64,000 nucleotides of DNA from a virus (taxonomy: Duplodnaviria > Heunggongvirae > Uroviricota > Caudoviricetes). The stretch spans positions 64,946 to 128,945 of the IMG/VR virus record IMGVR_UViG_3300049211_000031. The stretch is one strand, 5' to 3'. The position numbers were made by a program, and so were the translations under genes. Of this stretch, positions 19,121 to 28,460 are shown in pieces; position 1 is the stretch's first letter, and each line of letters begins with the position of its first letter. The notes below the pieces were generated by a model that ran no database searches, was not told the DNA's origin, and saw only the letters and a list, made by a program, of their open reading frames with translations.

Positions 19121-20501
19121 TATCTATCTCTCCTTTGTCCAATTCTTTTGTTTCTCGCTCAGTAAAGCGGAAAGACTTAAGCTTGTAGGCGTCATAATCT
19201 AGACCTTCAACTCTTACAACGAAACCTTCTGCAGGTACTTTGTTTTTACATATGGTACAGTCTTTCTCCATATTGTAAGAATTGCTTAGTTTTTCAAGTA
19301 ATTCAGCTTGCCATTTGTCAAGTTCCATAGGATATACGGATAAGGTTGTACTATCTTCTATCATATCAGATAAGATTTCTCTTGCCTTACCATAGAAGAA
19401 TAGGGGGACAGCCTTCAAGCCGTTTCTTTTACACCATTCTTGTACTTGAAATGCTGAGAATTCATACTTCTGTCCAGCCCAGTTCGTATGAGTGATACGA
19501 TAGATGTATACACCATAGTGTACATCTTCTTCATAGTCTTCATAGTCTCCTTGACTAGGCCATTCGAAACCTTTTGATAAACGTTCTCTTTGTTGGTAAC
19601 CATAATCATAGCCTTTTTGAATAAGCTCTCCGGTTGGAGTGTAGCCCACAATTTCGGCATAAATAGTCATACCGTCAGGCATGTAATCTTTCAGGTAGTT
19701 AGCGGCGTATTTCCACAGGTCTTCTTTGTAATAATGATTGTAATTCTTGCTATTATCGTCATTTTTGATGACCTTACGAGAAGAATAAATCATGTCATAC
19801 TCAGTTTCAACAAATTGTACACCAAAGAACTTCAATAATTTACCAAACCAACCCAATTTCCTCTTAACCAATATTTTAGATGTTACACTCGACGTACCAT
19901 GTAGTTTATTAGTAATAGAGATTATTGAATCTGGAGTGATTTTATGGATGTTCTTTCCAAGGTGAGAAGTATCTACGTGAAATGCAAATTGACCATCTAC
20001 AACACGAGACTCTTTAGGTTTCTTAGCTTGCGCAGCACGAGCCATACCTCTACCATAGTTTGTGATTATAATGTACTTCTCACAGATTTTAACACCGTTG
20101 ATGTGATCAAAGGTGTCTCCTGCTTTTAGGGTAGCAAGATCCTTAACATCTGCGAATTTCAACAAGGAGTAAATTGGAATTACAAAACCTTGTGAGCGAT
20201 GTCCCCTGAATTTTACACAACGAATACGACCATTTTCTTCAAAGTAGCCTTTTTCGTCAATATTAGCATTCAATGTATTATCTTTGAATAAATTATTCTC
20301 TGATAAATACTGAACAGAAAGTTTTGTTTCTACTGGAAAATAGAGTACTTTGTCACCTATTTTTGTATCTTTACCAACGATGACAAGATTGCCAAAGATA
20401 TTTGTATGAACTACATTGTTACAGTTATCGAGAGGAATTATATTCTTAATCTCTACAACAGTAGCTGCATAATTCTCGTTAATTGGAGCCTTTAGAATCA
20501 T
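19098..20501 (-). CDS. ATP-dependent RNA ligase (Rnl2 / DraRnl-like, with N-terminal extension)
   Basis: Motif I 'ITNKLHGTS' (KxHGT adenylyl-lysine motif of the Rnl2/DraRnl family), motif IV-like 'AEGFVVRVEG', motif V-like 'YKLKSF'; 467 aa. Confidence 0.65.
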   Translation of the reverse strand: MILKAPINENYAATVVEIKNIIPLDNCNNVVHTNIFGNLVIVGKDTKIGDKVLYFPVETKLSVQYLSENNLFKDNTLNANIDEKGYFEENGRIRCVKFRGHRSQGFVIPIYSLLKFADVKDLATLKAGDTFDHINGVKICEKYIIITNYGRGMARAAQAKKPKESRVVDGQFAFHVDTSHLGKNIHKITPDSIISITNKLHGTSSVTSKILVKRKLGWFGKLLKFFGVQFVETEYDMIYSSRKVIKNDDNSKNYNHYYKEDLWKYAANYLKDYMPDGMTIYAEIVGYTPTGELIQKGYDYGYQQRERLSKGFEWPSQGDYEDYEEDVHYGVYIYRITHTNWAGQKYEFSAFQVQEWCKRNGLKAVPLFFYGKAREILSDMIEDSTTLSVYPMELDKWQAELLEKLSNSYNMEKDCTICKNKVPAEGFVVRVEGLDYDAYKLKSFRFTERETKELDKGEIDIETQQSE

Positions 20502-20734
20502 ATGTTTTCGATTTTGTAAGTACTATTTTCTGTCTTGAAGGTGTACTCGTCTATAATCTCCGTGACAGGAGATGTTAGAAGACCTGCTATGTAGAAGCGT
20601 TCTCCTATTATTGGACCATATTTGAAGATTCCTTCTTTAGTATACCCAACGTTAATACCATTTGGGTGTTCTCCAAAGAAGCGGTTGTCGCTGATTTTTG
20701 TTAGGCGTACTCTCTTGCTGCTTTTTCCTATCAT
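20498..20734 (-). CDS. Hypothetical protein
   Basis: 78-aa ORF. Confidence 0.4.
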   Translation of the reverse strand: MIGKSSKRVRLTKISDNRFFGEHPNGINVGYTKEGIFKYGPIIGERFYIAGLLTSPVTEIIDEYTFKTENSTYKIENI

Positions 20735-20858
20735 TTGTTGTTATTAATAATTCAAAATTAAAATCCCCACATTTTGGACATTTATCACGCACAAAAGTTG
20801 CATCAGGATGACTGAATGCGTGTCCGCAACAGTCACAAAAATATGTTGGAATTAACAT
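20652..20858 (-). CDS. Zinc-ribbon small protein
   Basis: 'CDCCGH…CPKCGD'; overlaps the previous ORF, so one of the two start sites is probably mis-set. Confidence 0.35.
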   Translation of the reverse strand: MLIPTYFCDCCGHAFSHPDATFVRDKCPKCGDFNFELLITTNDRKKQQESTPNKNQRQPLLWRTPKWY

Positions 20859-20874
20859 GGTATTAGTTTAAATG

Positions 20875-20899
20875 AAAAATCCCCGGCAATTACCGGGGA
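20875..20899 (-). terminator. Rho-independent terminator (minus strand)
   Basis: Perfect 7-bp stem TCCCCGG-taattg-CCGGGGA followed by TTTTT on the minus strand. Confidence 0.7.
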
Positions 20900-20922
20900 C
20901 TAAGATGGTTTTTAGATTGGTC

Positions 20923-21234
20923 TTATTTCTTTAAACGTTTAATCTTGTTTCGCAAGATGATAGCTTCTTCAAAATTCTCAGTTTTGACGGCTTCATCAAG
21001 CTCTTTTTCAAGATTTTCCAATGATACTTCAGGTACAACTGTAGTATCAACGTAGATGGTGTGATTTTTCAGTCGGTAAACTTTTTGCTTATATACTATA
21101 CCATCTACAGTATAGGTATGAGTGTCAAGCAGTTTAGCGTACTTAAGATCAACCTCAACATTAACTCCTAAAAAATTATCCATAAGTTCCTTTAGTGATT
21201 GTTCTCTTAATGGAAAGATAGATGATCCAAACAT
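20923..21234 (-). CDS. UVR-domain protein
   Basis: C-terminal 'LEKELDEAVKTENFEEAIILRNKIKRL' matches the UvrB/UvrC-type UVR helical hairpin. Confidence 0.5.
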   Translation of the reverse strand: MFGSSIFPLREQSLKELMDNFLGVNVEVDLKYAKLLDTHTYTVDGIVYKQKVYRLKNHTIYVDTTVVPEVSLENLEKELDEAVKTENFEEAIILRNKIKRLKK

Positions 21235-21241
21235 GGTTTTT

Positions 21242-21418
21242 TTATAGTTTTAAAAGTTTAACAAATTTCCGTTCTTTTCTTCCAGTATAGCCATCTGTTT
21301 CTGTATACCATAGAATTAATTCCTTATCTTTTGTCCAGTCTAATTTTACTTCTAAGGCTATAGCTACAATTATTACGAAGAAGGAGTAGAAAAATAAAAT
21401 CATTATCCCTAAACTCAT
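21242..21418 (-). CDS. Small membrane protein (58 aa)
   Basis: Not in the ORF track. MSLGIMILFFYSFFVIIVAIALEV…; ATGA overlap with the upstream stop. Confidence 0.4.
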   Translation of the reverse strand: MSLGIMILFFYSFFVIIVAIALEVKLDWTKDKELILWYTETDGYTGRKERKFVKLLKL

Positions 21419-22323
21419 AAAATGTTTGTTATTGTGTCTTTGTTAATCCTCCTGTGTCCAACATTGTATCGTTGGTTATGAGGAGCATCAAAGAGATAAC
21501 AGAACGTATTACTATTGTTGTTTATGTTTAGAAATGTTTCGTATTTATCATCTATAAACACTTCTACTTCGTAGTTTGTACAGGCAGTAATTTTATCATT
21601 AGTAAATACAACAGGCGCTATTGGATATTTATTGATGGTAAATAACCAATCCAGAGTAGACTGTTTTGTACGAACATTCCTTGATGTAATATAAACAACT
21701 GGTTCTACTGGCAAATCTTCTGGTTTTACTATCATCTTAAGATTTCTATAGAAGTTTTGGTCTTCTATAACTTCCTCATACCTCTCTGGAAAGTCTCTGT
21801 CATATATCCAAGAAGAAGGTAGTGGAATGTTAAATCTTTCGCAATAGGCCCCTAGAAAATCTGCTAGTACCTCATCAATATCTATGCCAACTCGTACTTG
21901 CTTGTTTAATAGTGTCGGTCTGTCATCCCCTTGAGGATAAATTTTATAATATTCTGTCAGAAAGGCAGCATTACACATAACATGAGCAGAGTGAAGCAGT
22001 CCTGTCTCAGGGTCATAGTCTTCTCCTCGCTCAATTGCATTTAAGTGTCGCTTTAATGGACCAATAATACGGCTCCATTTCATACCTTTCATCCAGTTGT
22101 TGGGAGCATATTTTTTGGCTCCAAAGGTAAGAACTTTTGCAAGCTCATTAATAGCATTAGGAGGAAGTAAATCATGACGCACTTTATCTGTATCATGTCT
22201 AGTACCTCCCATTTTCTTTAAGCTAAATTCTGGAATGTCACTCATATCTATAAACTTCAAATTTAGGTTCAGGAATTCCCCAAAGTTCATCGTCAGGACC
22301 AAAAACTGTGGGATTTTTACCAC
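21415..22323 (-). CDS. Two-domain dNTP pyrophosphohydrolase (DUF5664-like) fused to HAD 5'(3')-deoxyribonucleotidase
   Basis: N-terminal 'HDLLPPNAINELAKVLTFGAKKYAPNNWMKGMKWSRIIGPLKRH' resembles the dATP/dGTP-diphosphohydrolase N-domain. C-terminal 'VGIDIDEVLADF' is the HAD DxDxV nucleophile motif of NT5C-type deoxynucleotidases. The true start is probably ATG at 22245. Confidence 0.65.
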   Translation of the reverse strand: MVKIPQFLVLTMNFGEFLNLNLKFIDMSDIPEFSLKKMGGTRHDTDKVRHDLLPPNAINELAKVLTFGAKKYAPNNWMKGMKWSRIIGPLKRHLNAIERGEDYDPETGLLHSAHVMCNAAFLTEYYKIYPQGDDRPTLLNKQVRVGIDIDEVLADFLGAYCERFNIPLPSSWIYDRDFPERYEEVIEDQNFYRNLKMIVKPEDLPVEPVVYITSRNVRTKQSTLDWLFTINKYPIAPVVFTNDKITACTNYEVEVFIDDKYETFLNINNNSNTFCYLFDAPHNQRYNVGHRRINKDTITNIL

Positions 22324-22864
22324 CGGGATTTATAGTGAAGAATCTTTCAAGCTCTTTCTTAAGAGACTCACTCTTATGAATAACACGCCATATGGTGCTT
22401 TCTATAGGCTGTGCTCTTTCGTTGTAAGTATGCTGAGGAAATAGCTTTTTATAATCATCACTGAATTTGGAATACTTTCCATCAAGGAAGTTAATATAGT
22501 CATTTATGTACTTATCTGGAATACGAAATACCATCATAATTAGATGTTTTCCATCCTGTATTCCACAGAAATACTCCAAAATGTATTCTCCCTTTGTTCT
22601 CAATCTCTGCGTTAACATCTGCCATTTCTGGTTCTTAACATCTGTTTTGAACAGGACGAAAATTACACGATCTAACGTGTGACCAAATCCATAGTCATCT
22701 AGAAACGCATTGACAAAGTATTCTGTACCCATTAAAGAGTTGTTAGGGAAGACAGCAGGCATCATAAAATGAGAAGTTTTTGTCTTCTTACGATCGAAGA
22801 CACTCTCTGGCACTTTATAATCTTCCTTTAGCACACCCTCAATGTTCACCTTATTTTTAGTCAT
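22238..22864 (-). CDS. Hypothetical protein
   Basis: 208-aa ORF. Confidence 0.5.
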   Translation of the reverse strand: MTKNKVNIEGVLKEDYKVPESVFDRKKTKTSHFMMPAVFPNNSLMGTEYFVNAFLDDYGFGHTLDRVIFVLFKTDVKNQKWQMLTQRLRTKGEYILEYFCGIQDGKHLIMMVFRIPDKYINDYINFLDGKYSKFSDDYKKLFPQHTYNERAQPIESTIWRVIHKSESLKKELERFFTINPGGKNPTVFGPDDELWGIPEPKFEVYRYE

Positions 22865-23942
22865 TAAAAAACTTTAATTTTATTTTACCTGTTTCGTACA
22901 ACTCTTTTGGTTCATTCCATACCTCATTTTTAATGTGCCATCCAATTTCGTCAAGAATTTGTCTCCATCCCTTGAATTTTTTGGAACCATACTCATAAAT
23001 GTAGAGGTCACCCTCGTCAAATCCGTAGATGTATGGAACCTTATTATCACGATCAATTACAATATCAAATGGTGTATGGATGGTAAAATCCTTAAAAACT
23101 CCTCCTTTGAATGTTTGTAGAAATCTTTGCACCATAAATCGGTAGAAAGACATTTGTCCGCCGTATTCGTATTTCTCAGCATTCTTTGGAAACTCATTGA
23201 CATCGTAAGCAGTTTTTAAGTCAGGAAGATATACAGCTTTTTCAGCAGGAACAATACGGATAATATCTACGGCAGCTTTAAGTGCTATTATGACATTCTC
23301 GTAGTTGTAATCTTCATAGATTTCCTGTTGATGTAAAAGTATTTCTCCTTCTTGTTGGACGAAATATGACATACTGCGAGGATGGTTTCTTAGATTTTCT
23401 ACCATTTGGTTTGCATCAGCACTTTCAATAGTAGAAATAATAGAACGGCCACTTGCTTCAGCTAAATGTTGAAAATATCCACTTCCATCTTCATACACAT
23501 TATCGAGAATACGACTTGTGCTCCATTTGTCTCCACCGTATTTAATTTCTCTTGCAAACTTTATAGTGAGGTCATTAAATTCGGAAAGATCATGAATGTT
23601 TGGAATATATAGTGGTTCTGGCACATTACCTTGCTCGTTTAATAGTATTTTGTTGTCTATGACCTCTTTTGCCTTTCTATAGACACGTTCTACTATGAGC
23701 TTTACTTTATCACCTGGAATATTTGGTTCATACCCCGGTATATAAAAACGCTCATTGAGTAGGGCTGGTTCAAATGCTAGAGTATCAACCAGAGAACCAA
23801 AAGTGAGACTATCTGTAGTTTCCTCATCATCGGAAACTTTGTCTATGTATATCTCCTTGAATTTGCTTAGGCTCATTTTTCGAAAAGCCTTAATAGCACT
23901 TTGAGAGATAGCAGACACTTGTCTATACTCTGATTTTTGCAT
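22857..23942 (-). CDS. Hypothetical protein
   Basis: 361-aa ORF, no confident motif; lies next to the ligase cassette. Confidence 0.5.
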   Translation of the reverse strand: MQKSEYRQVSAISQSAIKAFRKMSLSKFKEIYIDKVSDDEETTDSLTFGSLVDTLAFEPALLNERFYIPGYEPNIPGDKVKLIVERVYRKAKEVIDNKILLNEQGNVPEPLYIPNIHDLSEFNDLTIKFAREIKYGGDKWSTSRILDNVYEDGSGYFQHLAEASGRSIISTIESADANQMVENLRNHPRSMSYFVQQEGEILLHQQEIYEDYNYENVIIALKAAVDIIRIVPAEKAVYLPDLKTAYDVNEFPKNAEKYEYGGQMSFYRFMVQRFLQTFKGGVFKDFTIHTPFDIVIDRDNKVPYIYGFDEGDLYIYEYGSKKFKGWRQILDEIGWHIKNEVWNEPKELYETGKIKLKFFND

Positions 23943-24310
23943 TATTTGTGTGTTTTTGTATTATGACAGTCTTTGCATAGTATTTGATATCCTTCTTCAG
24001 CGAATAATCGCTCTACAAAACCTTTCAAATCATCGGAGTTTCTCAGACTACCAACTTCTTCTATATGATCTACCTCTATTTGTTTAGAAGCGAACCAGTT
24101 TTTGCATTGTTCACATTGGTATTCCCACTTTTGACGAGTGTTTTTTCCTTTGTAAGGTCTTCTAGCAGCATTTTTTGCATTCTGAATTGGTCTCCAATAC
24201 ATGCTTCTTCTTCTTAGAGCACTTCTTATCATACTCCAAAAAGTGGATTCTGTCATAGTTCCTGCATTTCTTGTTTTAGGAACCTTTTCTTTTTTAATTT
24301 TTTTAGGCAT
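23942..24310 (-). CDS. HNH endonuclease
   Basis: 'CEQCKNWF…VDHIEEV…CKDCHNTKTHK' HNH zinc-finger nuclease core. Confidence 0.8.
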   Translation of the reverse strand: MPKKIKKEKVPKTRNAGTMTESTFWSMIRSALRRRSMYWRPIQNAKNAARRPYKGKNTRQKWEYQCEQCKNWFASKQIEVDHIEEVGSLRNSDDLKGFVERLFAEEGYQILCKDCHNTKTHK

Positions 24311-24360
24311 TCTACAAAATTAGGGAATTTTGTTTTAACTTCCTAATTTTGTTAAAAAAA

Positions 24361-25875
24361 TTAGAAGAGCCAGGAAACCCCCTCATAAGTGAACACATAT
24401 TCCTTATCGTTCTTCATTTCATTCTCGCTAATATAGTCACCGTTCGCCTTATCTCTTGAAAAATAAGCTTTTCTGTCAGCGACATATGCTTTTAAATAAG
24501 ATGAAAGGAATTGAGCATGGTCGCTCTTGAACGTTTCTCCATAATAGTCTAAGATGGAATTCAGATTGATAGGTTCTGCACTAGAAAGGATAGCGTCTGC
24601 ATTTTGGGCAGCATATTGGCAGATGGCATTACAGATGAATAACCAATTTACCATTTTCTGTCCATTCAGTGTACAGTGGTGTAGGCGAAACTCTACAGTT
24701 CTCCTTGGAGAGAAGAACATATTCATAAGATTTAGCCAAAAATACCGTCTCTTACGGTTCCATTTCTGGGACTGTTGATGAGTGTTTGTTACGCGATTGA
24801 AGTTATTATCTGGTGGAACGTCATCATTAAGCCATGTAGCTATACGATAATAAGCTTCATCAACGTATTGAGTGTATTCTTCCTTTTTCATTTTAGGGTT
24901 AAGAAGACCTGTACCAAGTTTGCGCAGCTTTTGACAATAATCCTGTTTTTTAACACCTTTACAATTTGTCTTGTAATAAGGAAACATTGTATACAACTCA
25001 TCCTGAATACGAATAGCAAGAGCGTAGAGGGCTACAATGAACAAACGATCCTCAGGAAGGTTACCAAGGTGGAAGTGTAAACTACACTTAATATCTGTAG
25101 TAGTCCGCTTGCACAGCTCACTAGACAGATATTTTAGGTTCAGCAATCCTCTTGCACCCTCCATAGGTACAGTAACGAATTCGGCATTGTCAATACTTCC
25201 ATCACGACATATTACAACACCTGTACGGTTTTGAATATGATCAGGAAGATGACCTCTGGAAGTTTCTACTTCCATACCAAATGTTGTAGTTCCCAGAAGC
25301 TTTCCAAAGCGTAGAGCCGCAGCGGATATTTTCATTGGATAATTCTTGAAGGCGTCAATCTTCTGTACAAATTCTTCAGAATTATCTTCAATGTTATATC
25401 CTTTGTGTGTGTGAACTTTACGACTTTCGATTCTGCTCATTCTTTCAAGCTCTTTAGGACTAAGGTTTTTACGGCACATCCATGAGCCAGAAGATAGATC
25501 TTCAGCGAAGTCATGTTTTACCAACATTTTTTCGCTAAATGTTTTCACCTGTCCATATTCAGGAATAGTTACTGTTAAGTTATTATACTTATTTTCAGTA
25601 AAGTACCCAAATATAGCAGTTCCGTCAGCCTTAAATCCTGTTACACCATAGACCAGAGGAGTGTCCTTTATGAGTACGTATTTCTCTTTTTCATGATCAA
25701 AAGCTATTAACTTTGAATCAAACCTGTACCACCTTTTGTTAATTTCAAAGCAGTCTTCTCCTTTTACATAGAATTTATCTCCTATGCGACGACAATTTCT
25801 ACGGTATTCTGTAATACCGCGAACAGTCTTTACTTTTCTTTGTTTTAAGTTTGGATTGTCTTTGAACCGTATCAT
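24361..25875 (-). CDS. Glutamine-synthetase-like amidoligase (COOH-NH2 ligase), paralogue 1
   Basis: 'FGMEVETSRG' (G-x-E-x-E metal-binding strand) and 'CSLHFHLG' (H-x-H) mirror the same two blocks in the 29336–30145 protein; the pattern resembles the amidoligase_2 family. Confidence 0.55.
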   Translation of the reverse strand: MIRFKDNPNLKQRKVKTVRGITEYRRNCRRIGDKFYVKGEDCFEINKRWYRFDSKLIAFDHEKEKYVLIKDTPLVYGVTGFKADGTAIFGYFTENKYNNLTVTIPEYGQVKTFSEKMLVKHDFAEDLSSGSWMCRKNLSPKELERMSRIESRKVHTHKGYNIEDNSEEFVQKIDAFKNYPMKISAAALRFGKLLGTTTFGMEVETSRGHLPDHIQNRTGVVICRDGSIDNAEFVTVPMEGARGLLNLKYLSSELCKRTTTDIKCSLHFHLGNLPEDRLFIVALYALAIRIQDELYTMFPYYKTNCKGVKKQDYCQKLRKLGTGLLNPKMKKEEYTQYVDEAYYRIATWLNDDVPPDNNFNRVTNTHQQSQKWNRKRRYFWLNLMNMFFSPRRTVEFRLHHCTLNGQKMVNWLFICNAICQYAAQNADAILSSAEPINLNSILDYYGETFKSDHAQFLSSYLKAYVADRKAYFSRDKANGDYISENEMKNDKEYVFTYEGVSWLF

Positions 25876-25880
25876 AAAAA

Positions 25881-28430
25881 TTAACTCCTTTGTTTAACGT
25901 ATGATATTATATCCTTCCTTAGTGCTGGCTCTTCATGTTTGTCTGTTAATTCCATTAACTTTGAGGTTAGGGAATCTACAGCAATATAAACAGCATTAGC
26001 TACTTCCTGAGCGAAATCATCTTCTTCGATGGCCTGCAGTTCATCAGAATGTTCACGAATTCTGAATGCAAGGTTAACGATTTCTCCAAACTGATAATTT
26101 CTTTCTTCCTTGTCGTCCTCAAAGGCATTAGAAACATCAGCAACTGGCCTCCATGTTTCCTCATCCTCTAATATCTCTTCATCTTCTAGAATTCCCTCAG
26201 AGGACATACGTAGTTTATGCTCTTTTTCTATTTCAGTTTCTGTTAGATGAGGTTCTTTATCGTCCTTTGGGTCGGCAATTACGCCTTCTTCTGTACACAC
26301 CCAGCTTTCAGGTATTTCATCATCAGAGCTGATAATGGACGGAACGGTAGTAAAATCCTTTGGATTGTATTTAATATTAGGAGCCATCATGATTGGTTCT
26401 GGAATGTGAGGAAAATTTACACAGCAAGAATCTTCGGCATAATCATCATCTATCGAATCGTCGTGGATATCGTCTTCATCATACATATTGCCTTCAGGGT
26501 TTTCTTTAGCAATGAGTAGATAAGTAAGGACATCCTTGTAATTTTTATCGTTCCAGTTGTCAATCACAGTAACGTCATTTTCAATACATTCTGCAAAGAA
26601 TAAATTCAAATAGACATCAACTGTTTCATCATAGACATTTTCAATCTTACAGACTCCTGTATCCATTAACACATCCGCTATGTAATAACGAATAGCACGT
26701 CTCTCTTCATTACTGAAGATTCCTTCAGCTTCCTCGATACTAGAGAACTTACGATAGAAATTCTTGAGATCAAGATCATTTGCGGCCTGAGTAGGAACTT
26801 CCTCAAATGGAATTTCTTGTTGTTCCTTGTTGCGTTTTTCATAAGCCTCTCTCATATCATCTATTGTTTGTTGAACCTCATCAATTGTTTTACTATCACC
26901 TCCCTTAATAATGCTTAAATGAGGATGTTTAGTTTCTACAGCGAGGGGGCTGGCTTGCCACAAGGACTTTCTTTCATCAATTAAGGCTTGTGTATTCACC
27001 ATTTCCTCTTCTTCAGCTACTGTACCCTTAGCATTCTTAATTTTATGCATCAGACCATCCTTGATGATGTAATGACGATCAGAGAACTTAGGAGTGAATC
27101 CCATGTTGTGACACATTACTTCATTATGGAACCAGCGGTATTTAGAATAAGCAGGTACCTCCTTAGCTCGTGTGTTAATGTCTTGGCGAGTGTGACATAC
27201 AGGATATTCTGAATATCGACTTATGTACATTGCAAAATTCCAGTTGGGATTAGCAATATTTGGGTCAATTTTAGCAGTTTTGTAAGCTCCCTCGCTCTTT
27301 ATCATTATACCCTCAATAAAGTAATAGTTAAACCCTTGTTTTCTTTCAAGAGACACTTTTCCTTTATTATTGATGTAGTACTCACCATGCATTGGTGTGA
27401 TAGCATCGTTATCTACTAACCAGTAACGGCCAAGATGATAGATAACACCGGTAGAGAATCTGTATCTTCCTGCACGGTGAGGAACTGTTTCCCACCATAT
27501 CATCGGAATAATCTTATCCAAATCCGGCGCTAAGGAACCACTAGAATAGCTATTACCCACGGAACTATTAGTCCCATGCGACGCCATGGTTGTAGGGGTT
27601 GTCGTATTCGTCCTCGTAGTAGTGCTTGCCGGACTTGCCCCTCCTCTTGTGGTTCCTCCTGTGTTTGGGGAGTGAGTGTAAGTAACGTTGATGTCTCCTC
27701 TTTCAATATAATGGTTATTACCAGTGATAGCGCCATCTTGTAAACGCATTACAACATTCTGAGGTACTTCACTGATGCTATCAGTGTCATAATCAGAAAT
27801 TGCAAACAGGCTCTTTTCGATAGAGCTAAAGTACACACCCTCTTTAGTTTGAAGATAGAACAAAGGTCTTTCTACCATTGTGTCACCGTGCCGAGTGACT
27901 TTAGAGGCGCCTTTGTAAATATACATACTATTAGGCCTGTCCTTATGAGCCATTAAAAGAGCTGCCCAACCTTCGTACTGTTCAAGAATGCTAAATCCTA
28001 CTTTATCTATAAGATGAGCTAATCCATGACTGTCTACACTGATACCTGTATGATTAACTCCATATTTATTACACAGGGGCCAGATATTTCTGATTTGACC
28101 ATTGTGAGCTAGTACAAAGTTATTATTAATGACAAATGGATGGGCATTGTCAGCAGTATGCGAACCTACAGTTGCGGCTCTAGTGTGTCCAATAATATTG
28201 AAATCTCCAGTTTCCATTGCATTAGGAAGAAGAAATTTAGCAATGAAATCAGAGAATAATTTTTGGTCATTTACACCTTTTACCACCCGATTGTTTATGT
28301 AAATACCACATGAGTGTTTACCTCGGTCGATGTTATACAACCCAAGGATTTTGATCTTGTTCATAGCTAACCTTGCCATAGTTTCATTCATTATAGCAGG
28401 GTTACCATTAAAGCCGAATAGTCCGCACAT
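25881..28430 (-). CDS. Class II (Ntn) glutamine amidotransferase domain protein with Thr-rich linker and long acidic C-terminal region
   Basis: N-terminus 'MCGLFGFNG' gives the Cys2 nucleophile of class II GATases. 'GGTTRGGASPASTTTRTNTTTPTTMASHGTNSS' is a linker. The C-terminal ~350 aa is extremely Asp/Glu-rich. Confidence 0.7.
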   Translation of the reverse strand: MCGLFGFNGNPAIMNETMARLAMNKIKILGLYNIDRGKHSCGIYINNRVVKGVNDQKLFSDFIAKFLLPNAMETGDFNIIGHTRAATVGSHTADNAHPFVINNNFVLAHNGQIRNIWPLCNKYGVNHTGISVDSHGLAHLIDKVGFSILEQYEGWAALLMAHKDRPNSMYIYKGASKVTRHGDTMVERPLFYLQTKEGVYFSSIEKSLFAISDYDTDSISEVPQNVVMRLQDGAITGNNHYIERGDINVTYTHSPNTGGTTRGGASPASTTTRTNTTTPTTMASHGTNSSVGNSYSSGSLAPDLDKIIPMIWWETVPHRAGRYRFSTGVIYHLGRYWLVDNDAITPMHGEYYINNKGKVSLERKQGFNYYFIEGIMIKSEGAYKTAKIDPNIANPNWNFAMYISRYSEYPVCHTRQDINTRAKEVPAYSKYRWFHNEVMCHNMGFTPKFSDRHYIIKDGLMHKIKNAKGTVAEEEEMVNTQALIDERKSLWQASPLAVETKHPHLSIIKGGDSKTIDEVQQTIDDMREAYEKRNKEQQEIPFEEVPTQAANDLDLKNFYRKFSSIEEAEGIFSNEERRAIRYYIADVLMDTGVCKIENVYDETVDVYLNLFFAECIENDVTVIDNWNDKNYKDVLTYLLIAKENPEGNMYDEDDIHDDSIDDDYAEDSCCVNFPHIPEPIMMAPNIKYNPKDFTTVPSIISSDDEIPESWVCTEEGVIADPKDDKEPHLTETEIEKEHKLRMSSEGILEDEEILEDEETWRPVADVSNAFEDDKEERNYQFGEIVNLAFRIREHSDELQAIEEDDFAQEVANAVYIAVDSLTSKLMELTDKHEEPALRKDIISYVKQRS

Positions 28431-28460
28431 AATTGCTTGTTGTTATTTTAATTATTTAAA

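Noticed and set aside
24554-25234. Three + strand ORFs overlapping amidoligase paralogue 1
   Set aside because: Antisense to a gene that is part of a coherent seven-gene cassette; no motifs.
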